DNA of 47,911 bases, taken from Nemertoderma westbladi. Lineage: Eukaryota; Animalia; Xenacoelomorpha. Below, one piece after another: positions 37,987 through 47,911 of the stretch; position 1 is the first letter of the stretch; every line of letters starts with the position of its first letter. The notes under the pieces are model-generated. The model was given only the letters and a program-made list of their open reading frames with translations. It ran no database searches and had not been told where the DNA came from. The DNA is taken from contig JAUCBJ010008886.1 in NCBI GenBank assembly GCA_032718475.1, positions 1 to 47,911 on the forward strand, given 5' to 3'. A program made the position numbers and the translations under genes.

Positions 37987-40900
37987 CACAGAGAAAGACC
38001 AGAACATGCCTTAACATCACTAACCATAGGCCTACTAGACACTATTAAACGCACACTATAAAGGTAAACAAAATCCTTATCGCATTTCCAGCTGCACTGA
38101 CTGACAGTTTGCGGCAAACTACACAGAGAAAGACCAGAACATGCCTTAACATCACTAACCATAGGCCTACTAGACACTATTAAACGCACACTATAAAGGT
38201 AAACAAAATCCTTATCGCATTTCCAGCTGCACTGACTGACAGTTTGCGGCAAACTACACAGAGAAAGACCAGAACATGCCTTAACATCACTAACCATAGG
38301 CCTACTAGACACTATTAAACGCACACTATAAAGGTAAACAAAATCCTTATCGCATTTCCAGCTGCACTGACTGACAGTTTGCGGCAAACTACACAGAGAA
38401 AGACCAGAACATGCCTTAACATCACTAACCATAGGCCTACTAGACACTATTAAACGCACACTATAAAGATAAACAAAATCCTTATCGCATTTCCAGCTGC
38501 ACTGACTGACAGTTTGCGGCAAACTACACAGAGAAAGACCAGAACATGCCTTAACATCACTAACCATAGGCCTACTAGACACTATTAAACGCACACTATA
38601 AAGATAAACAAAATCCTTATCGCATTTCCAGCTGCACTGACTGACAGTTTGCGGCAAACTACACAGAGAAAGACCAGAACATGCCTTAACATCACTAACC
38701 ATAGGCCTACTAGACACTATTAAACGCACACTATAAAGGTAAACAAAATCCTTATCGCATTTCCAGCTGCACTGACTGACAGTTTGCGGCAAACTACACA
38801 GAGAAAGACCAGAACATGCCTTAACATCACTAACCATAGGCCTACTAGACACTATTAAACGCACACTATAAAGGTAAACAAAATCCTTATCGCATTTCCA
38901 GCTGCACTGACTGACAGTTTGCGGCAAACTACACAGAGAAAGACCAGAACATGCCTTAACATCACTAACTATAGGCCTACTAGACACTATTAAACGCACA
39001 CTATAAAGGTAAACAAAATCCTTATCGCATTTCCAGCTGCACTGACTGACAGTTTGCGGCAAACTACACAGAGAAAGACCAGAACATGCCTTAACATCAC
39101 TAACCATAGGCCTACTAGACACTATTAAACGCACACTATAAAGGTAAACAAAATCCTTATCGCATTTCCAGCTGCACTGACTGACAGTTTGCGGCAAACT
39201 ACACAGAGAAAGACCAGAACATGCCTTAACATCACTAACCATAGGCCTACTAGACACTATTAAACGCACACTATAAAGGTAAACAAAATCCTTATCGCAT
39301 TTCCAGCTGCACTGACTGACAGTTTGCGGCAAACTACACAGAGAAAGACCAGAACATGCCTTAACATCACTAACCATAGGCCTACTAGACACTATTAAAC
39401 GCACACTATAAAGGTAAACAAAATCCTTATCGCATTTCCAGCTGCACTGACTGACAGTTTGCGGCAAACTACACAGAGAAAGACCAGAACATGCCTTAAC
39501 ATCACTAACCATAGGCCTACTAGACACTATTAAACGCACACTATAAAGGTAAACAAAATCCTTATCGCATTTCCAGCTGCACTGACTGACAGTTTGCGGC
39601 AAACTACACAGAGAAAGACCAGAACATGCCTTAACATCACTAACCATAGGCCTACTAGACACTATTAAACGCACACTATAAAGGTAAACAAAATCCTTAT
39701 CGCATTTCCAGCTGCACTGACTGACAGTTTGCGGCAAACTACACAGAGAAAGACCAGAACATGCCTTAACATCACTAACCATAGGCCTACTAGACACTAT
39801 TAAACGCACACTATAAAGGTAAACAAAATCCTTATCGCATTTCCAGCTGCACTGACTGACAGTTTGCGGCAAACTACACAGAGAAAGACCAGAACATGCC
39901 TTAACATCACTAACCATAGGCCTACTAGACACTATTAAACGCACACTATAAAGATAAACAAAATCCTTATCGCATTTCCAGCTGCACTGACTGACAGTTT
40001 GCGGCAAACTACACAGAGAAAGACCAGAACATGCCTTAACATCACTAACCATAGGCCTACTAGACACTATTAAACGCACACTATAAAGGTAAACAAAATC
40101 CTTATCGCATTTCCAGCTGCACTGACTGACAGTTTGCGGCAAACTACACAGAGAAAGACCAGAACATGCCTTAACATCACTAACCATAGGCCTACTAGAC
40201 ACTATTAAACGCACACTATAAAGGTAAACAAAATCCTTATCGCATTTCCAGCTGCACTGACTGACAGTTTGCGGCAAACTACACAGAGAAAGACCAGAAC
40301 ATGCCTTAACATCACTAACCATAGGCCTACTAGACACTATTAAACGCACACTATAAAGGTAAACAAAATCCTTATCGCATTTCCAGCTGCACTGACTGAC
40401 AGTTTGCGGCAAACTACACAGAGAAAGACCAGAACATGCCTTAACATCACTAACCATAGGCCTACTAGACACTATTAAACGCACACTATAAAGGTAAACA
40501 AAATCCTTATCGCATTTCCAGCTGCACTGACTGACAGTTTGCGGCAAACTACACAGAGAAAGACCAGAACATGCCTTAACATCACTAACCATAGGCCTAC
40601 TAGACACTATTAAACGCACACTATAAAGGTAAACAAAATCCTTATCGCATTTCCAGCTGCACTGACTGACAGTTTGCGGCAAACTACACAGAGAAAGACC
40701 AGAACATGCCTTAACATCACTAACCATAGGCCTACTAGACACTATTAAACGCACACTATAAAGGTAAACAAAATCCTTATCGCATTTCCAGCTGCACTGA
40801 CTGACAGTTTGCGGCAAACTACACAGAGAAAGACCAGAACATGCCTTAACATCACTAACCATAGGCCTACTAGACACTATTAAACGCACACTATAAAGGT

Positions 40901-43900
40901 AAACAAAATCCTTATCGCATTTCCAGCTGCACTGACTGACAGTTTGCGGCAAACTACACAGAGAAAGACCAGAACATGCCTTAACATCACTAACCATAGG
41001 CCTACTAGACACTATTAAACGCACACTATAAAGATAAACAAAATCCTTATCGCATTTCCAGCTGCACTGACTGACAGTTTGCGGCAAACTACACAGAGAA
41101 AGACCAGAACATGCCTTAACATCACTAACCATAGGCCTACTAGACACTATTAAACGCACACTATAAAGATAAACAAAATCCTTATCGCATTTCCAGCTGC
41201 ACTGACTGACAGTTTGCGGCAAACTACACAGAGAAAGACCAGAACATGCCTTAACATCACTAACCATAGGCCTACTAGACACTATTAAACGCACACTATA
41301 AAGATAAACAAAATCCTTATCGCATTTCCAGCTGCACTGACTGACAGTTTGCGGCAAACTACACAGAGAAAGACCAGAACATGCCTTAACATCACTAACC
41401 ATAGGCCTACTAGACACTATTAAACGCACACTATAAAGATAAACAAAATCCTTATCGCATTTCCAGCTGCACTGACTGACAGTTTGCGGCAAACTACACA
41501 GAGAAAGACCAGAACATGCCTTAACATCACTAACCATAGGCCTACTAGACACTATTAAACGCACACTATAAAGATAAACAAAATCCTTATCGCATTTCCA
41601 GCTGCACTGACTGACAGTTTGCGGCAAACTACACAGAGAAAGACCAGAACATGCCTTAACATCACTAACCATAGGCCTACTAGACACTATTAAACGCACA
41701 CTATAAAGATAAACAAAATCCTTATCGCATTTCCAGCTGCACTGACTGACAGTTTGCGGCAAACTACACAGAGAAAGACCAGAACATGCCTTAACATCAC
41801 TAACCATAGGCCTACTAGACACTATTAAACGCACACTATAAAGATAAACAAAATCCTTATCGCATTTCCAGCTGCACTGACTGACAGTTTGCGGCAAACT
41901 ACACAGAGAAAGACCAGAACATGCCTTAACATCACTAACCATAGGCCTACTAGACACTATTAAACGCACACTATAAAGATAAACAAAATCCTTATCGCAT
42001 TTCCAGCTGCACTGACTGACAGTTTGCGGCAAACTACACAGAGAAAGACCAGAACATGCCTTAACATCACTAACCATAGGCCTACTAGACACTATTAAAC
42101 GCACACTATAAAGATAAACAAAATCCTTATCGCATTTCCAGCTGCACTGACTGACAGTTTGCGGCAAACTACACAGAGAAAGACCAGAACATGCCTTAAC
42201 ATCACTAACCATAGGCCTACTAGACACTATTAAACGCACACTATAAAGATAAACAAAATCCTTATCGCATTTCCAGCTGCACTGACTGACAGTTTGCGGC
42301 AAACTACACAGAGAAAGACCAGAACATGCCTTAACATCACTAACCATAGGCCTACTAGACACTATTAAACGCACACTATAAAGGTAAACAAAATCCTTAT
42401 CGCATTTCCAGCTGCACTGACTGACAGTTTGCGGCAAACTACACAGAGAAAGACCAGAACATGCCTTAACATCACTAACCATAGGCCTACTAGACACTAT
42501 TAAACGCACACTATAAAGATAAACAAAATCCTTATCGCATTTCCAGCTGCACTGACTGACAGTTTGCGGCAAACTACACAGAGAAAGACCAGAACATGCC
42601 TTAACATCACTAACCATAGGCCTACTAGACACTATTAAACGCACACTATAAAGATAAACAAAATCCTTATCGCATTTCCAGCTGCACTGACTGACAGTTT
42701 GCGGCAAACTACACAGAGAAAGACCAGAACATGCCTTAACATCACTAACCATAGGCCTACTAGACACTATTAAACGCACACTATAAAGGTAAACAAAATC
42801 CTTATCGCATTTCCAGCTGCACTGACTGACAGTTTGCGGCAAACTACACAGAGAAAGACCAGAACATGCCTTAACATCACTAACCATAGGCCTACTAGAC
42901 ACTATTAAACGCACACTATAAAGGTAAACAAAATCCTTATCGCATTTCCAGCTGCACTGACTGACAGTTTGCGGCAAACTACACAGAGAAAGACCAGAAC
43001 ATGCCTTAACATCACTAACCATAGGCCTACTAGACACTATTAAACGCACACTATAAAGGTAAACAAAATCCTTATCGCATTTCCAGCTGCACTGACTGAC
43101 AGTTTGCGGCAAACTACACAGAGAAAGACCAGAACATGCCTTAACATCACTAACCATAGGCCTACTAGACACTATTAAACGCACACTATAAAGGTAAACA
43201 AAATCCTTATCGCATTTCCAGCTGCACTGACTGACAGTTTGCGGCAAACTACACAGAGAAAGACCAGAACATGCCTTAACATCACTAACCATAGGCCTAC
43301 TAGACACTATTAAACGCACACTATAAAGGTAAACAAAATCCTTATCGCATTTCCAGCTGCACTGACTGACAGTTTGCGGCAAACTACACAGAGAAAGACC
43401 AGAACATGCCTTAACATCACTAACCATAGGCCTACTAGACACTATTAAACGCACACTATAAAGGTAAACAAAATCCTTATCGCATTTCCAGCTGCACTGA
43501 CTGACAGTTTGCGGCAAACTACACAGAGAAAGACCAGAACATGCCTTAACATCACTAACCATAGGCCTACTAGACACTATTAAACGCACACTATAAAGGT
43601 AAACAAAATCCTTATCGCATTTCCAGCTGCACTGACTGACAGTTTGCGGCAAACTACACAGAGAAAGACCAGAACATGCCTTAACATCACTAACCATAGG
43701 CCTACTAGACACTATTAAACGCACACTATAAAGGTAAACAAAATCCTTATCGCATTTCCAGCTGCACTGACTGACAGTTTGCGGCAAACTACACAGAGAA
43801 AGACCAGAACATGCCTTAACATCACTAACCATAGGCCTACTAGACACTATTAAACGCACACTATAAAGGTAAACAAAATCCTTATCGCATTTCCAGCTGC

Positions 43901-46900
43901 ACTGACTGACAGTTTGCGGCAAACTACACAGAGAAAGACCAGAACATGCCTTAACATCACTAACCATAGGCCTACTAGACACTATTAAACGCACACTATA
44001 AAGGTAAACAAAATCCTTATCGCATTTCCAGCTGCACTGACTGACAGTTTGCGGCAAACTACACAGAGAAAGACCAGAACATGCCTTAACATCACTAACC
44101 ATAGGCCTACTAGACACTATTAAACGCACACTATAAAGGTAAACAAAATCCTTATCGCATTTCCAGCTGCACTGACTGACAGTTTGCGGCAAACTACACA
44201 GAGAAAGACCAGAACATGCCTTAACATCACTAACCATAGGCCTACTAGACACTATTAAACGCACACTATAAAGGTAAACAAAATCCTTATCGCATTTCCA
44301 GCTGCACTGACTGACAGTTTGCGGCAAACTACACAGAGAAAGACCAGAACATGCCTTAACATCACTAACCATAGGCCTACTAGACACTATTAAACGCACA
44401 CTATAAAGGTAAACAAAATCCTTATCGCATTTCCAGCTGCACTGACTGACAGTTTGCGGCAAACTACACAGAGAAAGACCAGAACATGCCTTAACATCAC
44501 TAACCATAGGCCTACTAGACACTATTAAACGCACACTATAAAGGTAAACAAAATCCTTATCGCATTTCCAGCTGCACTGACTGACAGTTTGCGGCAAACT
44601 ACACAGAGAAAGACCAGAACATGCCTTAACATCACTAACCATAGGCCTACTAGACACTATTAAACGCACACTATAAAGGTAAACAAAATCCTTATCGCAT
44701 TTCCAGCTGCACTGACTGACAGTTTGCGGCAAACTACACAGAGAAAGACCAGAACATGCCTTAACATCACTAACCATAGGCCTACTAGACACTATTAAAC
44801 GCACACTATAAAGGTAAACAAAATCCTTATCGCATTTCCAGCTGCACTGACTGACAGTTTGCGGCAAACTACACAGAGAAAGACCAGAACATGCCTTAAC
44901 ATCACTAACCATAGGCCTACTAGACACTATTAAACGCACACTATAAAGGTAAACAAAATCCTTATCGCATTTCCAGCTGCACTGACTGACAGTTTGCGGC
45001 AAACTACACAGAGAAAGACCAGAACATGCCTTAACATCACTAACCATAGGCCTACTAGACACTATTAAACGCACACTATAAAGGTAAACAAAATCCTTAT
45101 CGCATTTCCAGCTGCACTGACTGACAGTTTGCGGCAAACTACACAGAGAAAGACCAGAACATGCCTTAACATCACTAACCATAGGCCTACTAGACACTAT
45201 TAAACGCACACTATAAAGGTAAACAAAATCCTTATCGCATTTCCAGCTGCACTGACTGACAGTTTGCGGCAAACTACACAGAGAAAGACCAGAACATGCC
45301 TTAACATCACTAACCATAGGCCTACTAGACACTATTAAACGCACACTATAAAGGTAAACAAAATCCTTATCGCATTTCCAGCTGCACTGACTGACAGTTT
45401 GCGGCAAACTACACAGAGAAAGACCAGAACATGCCTTAACATCACTAACCATAGGCCTACTAGACACTATTAAACGCACACTATAAAGGTAAACAAAATC
45501 CTTATCGCATTTCCAGCTGCACTGACTGACAGTTTGCGGCAAACTACACAGAGAAAGACCAGAACATGCCTTAACATCACTAACCATAGGCCTACTAGAC
45601 ACTATTAAACGCACACTATAAAGGTAAACAAAATCCTTATCGCATTTCCAGCTGCACTGACTGACAGTTTGCGGCAAACTACACAGAGAAAGACCAGAAC
45701 ATGCCTTAACATCACTAACCATAGGCCTACTAGACACTATTAAACGCACACTATAAAGGTAAACAAAATCCTTATCGCATTTCCAGCTGCACTGACTGAC
45801 AGTTTGCGGCAAACTACACAGAGAAAGACCAGAACATGCCTTAACATCACTAACCATAGGCCTACTAGACACTATTAAACGCACACTATAAAGGTAAACA
45901 AAATCCTTATCGCATTTCCAGCTGCACTGACTGACAGTTTGCGGCAAACTACACAGAGAAAGACCAGAACATGCCTTAACATCACTAACCATAGGCCTAC
46001 TAGACACTATTAAACGCACACTATAAAGGTAAACAAAATCCTTATCGCATTTCCAGCTGCACTGACTGACAGTTTGCGGCAAACTACACAGAGAAAGACC
46101 AGAACATGCCTTAACATCACTAACCATAGGCCTACTAGACACTATTAAACGCACACTATAAAGGTAAACAAAATCCTTATCGCATTTCCAGCTGCACTGA
46201 CTGACAGTTTGCGGCAAACTACACAGAGAAAGACCAGAACATGCCTTAACATCACTAACCATAGGCCTACTAGACACTATTAAACGCACACTATAAAGGT
46301 AAACAAAATCCTTATCGCATTTCCAGCTGCACTGACTGACAGTTTGCGGCAAACTACACAGAGAAAGACCAGAACATGCCTTAACATCACTAACCATAGG
46401 CCTACTAGACACTATTAAACGCACACTATAAAGGTAAACAAAATCCTTATCGCATTTCCAGCTGCACTGACTGACAGTTTGCGGCAAACTACACAGAGAA
46501 AGACCAGAACATGCCTTAACATCACTAACCATAGGCCTACTAGACACTATTAAACGCACACTATAAAGGTAAACAAAATCCTTATCGCATTTCCAGCTGC
46601 ACTGACTGACAGTTTGCGGCAAACTACACAGAGAAAGACCAGAACATGCCTTAACATCACTAACCATAGGCCTACTAGACACTATTAAACGCACACTATA
46701 AAGGTAAACAAAATCCTTATCGCATTTCCAGCTGCACTGACTGACAGTTTGCGGCAAACTACACAGAGAAAGACCAGAACATGCCTTAACATCACTAACC
46801 ATAGGCCTACTAGACACTATTAAACGCACACTATAAAGGTAAACAAAATCCTTATCGCATTTCCAGCTGCACTGACTGACAGTTTGCGGCAAACTACACA

Positions 46901-47911
46901 GAGAAAGACCAGAACATGCCTTAACATCACTAACCATAGGCCTACTAGACACTATTAAACGCACACTATAAAGGTAAACAAAATCCTTATCGCATTTCCA
47001 GCTGCACTGACTGACAGTTTGCGGCAAACTACACAGAGAAAGACCAGAACATGCCTTAACATCACTAACCATAGGCCTACTAGACACTATTAAACGCACA
47101 CTATAAAGGTAAACAAAATCCTTATCGCATTTCCAGCTGCACTGACTGACAGTTTGCGGCAAACTACACAGAGAAAGACCAGAACATGCCTTAACATCAC
47201 TAACCATAGGCCTACTAGACACTATTAAACGCACACTATAAAGGTAAACAAAATCCTTATCGCATTTCCAGCTGCACTGACTGACAGTTTGCGGCAAACT
47301 ACACAGAGAAAGACCAGAACATGCCTTAACATCACTAACCATAGGCCTACTAGACACTATTAAACGCACACTATAAAGGTAAACAAAATCCTTATCGCAT
47401 TTCCAGCTGCACTGACTGACAGTTTGCGGCAAACTACACAGAGAAAGACCAGAACATGCCTTAACATCACTAACCATAGGCCTACTAGACACTATTAAAC
47501 GCACACTATAAAGGTAAACAAAATCCTTATCGCATTTCCAGCTGCACTGACTGACAGTTTGCGGCAAACTACACAGAGAAAGACCAGAACATGCCTTAAC
47601 ATCACTAACCATAGGCCTACTAGACACTATTAAACGCACACTATAAAGGTAAACAAAATCCTTATCGCATTTCCAGCTGCACTGACTGACAGTTTGCGGC
47701 AAACTACACAGAGAAAGACCAGAACATGCCTTAACATCACTAACCATAGGCCTACTAGACACTATTAAACGCACACTATAAAGGTAAACAAAATCCTTAT
47801 CGCATTTCCAGCTGCACTGACTGACAGTTTGCGGCAAACTACACAGAGAAAGACCAGAACATGCCTTGAATCATCACTAACCATAGGCCTACTAGGACAC
47901 TATTAAACGCA
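37987..47911. repeat. 135-bp tandem satellite, ~73 near-identical copies, running off the window end
   Basis: Unit CACAGAGAAAGACCAGAACATGCC...GCGGCAAACTA; 540-bp (4-unit) line periodicity visible in the listing. Confidence 0.98.

Noticed and set aside
37713-47837. 3374-aa ORF as a genuine gene, or the array as CRISPR
   Set aside because: Non-ATG start within a satellite and near-zero divergence between units; no unique spacers or cas genes, and the context is eukaryotic. Kept only as a finding.
47865-47911. Divergent final satellite unit with single-base insertions
   Set aside because: Likely low-quality sequence at a contig or read end

Overview
This is repeat-saturated, AT-rich eukaryotic (probably invertebrate animal) DNA with no confidently identifiable intact host gene. 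(1) 2.0-13.5 kb holds two head-to-tail copies of a composite, apparently non-coding element with imperfect inverted ends. Each copy is bounded by (TG)n tracts and carries nested TE remnants: an RTE LINE interrupted by a hAT-type MITE, which contains a Mutator-type MITE and, in copy 2, a second RTE LINE. (2) A ~1.5 kb (TG)n tract follows. (3) 15.0-24.6 kb is about half of a Maverick/Polinton (adintovirus-like) endogenous virus on the minus strand. It encodes an rve integrase, packaging ATPase, two tandem minor-capsid paralogues, major capsid, adenain protease, two protease-processed core proteins (one very like adenovirus pX), a RING protein and a DEDD/Maelstrom-like protein. It has an AGTAGT terminus, but no pPolB lies in the window. 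(4) 25-37.5 kb holds decayed DNA transposons (Kolobok/Mutator-like, Sola2-like with a (GSGDEVD)n tail, piggyBac, hAT fragment) and an orphan PWWP ORF. (5) From 38 kb to the end is a very homogeneous 135-bp satellite of about 73 copies. All family calls come from motif recognition by eye; no database search was run.
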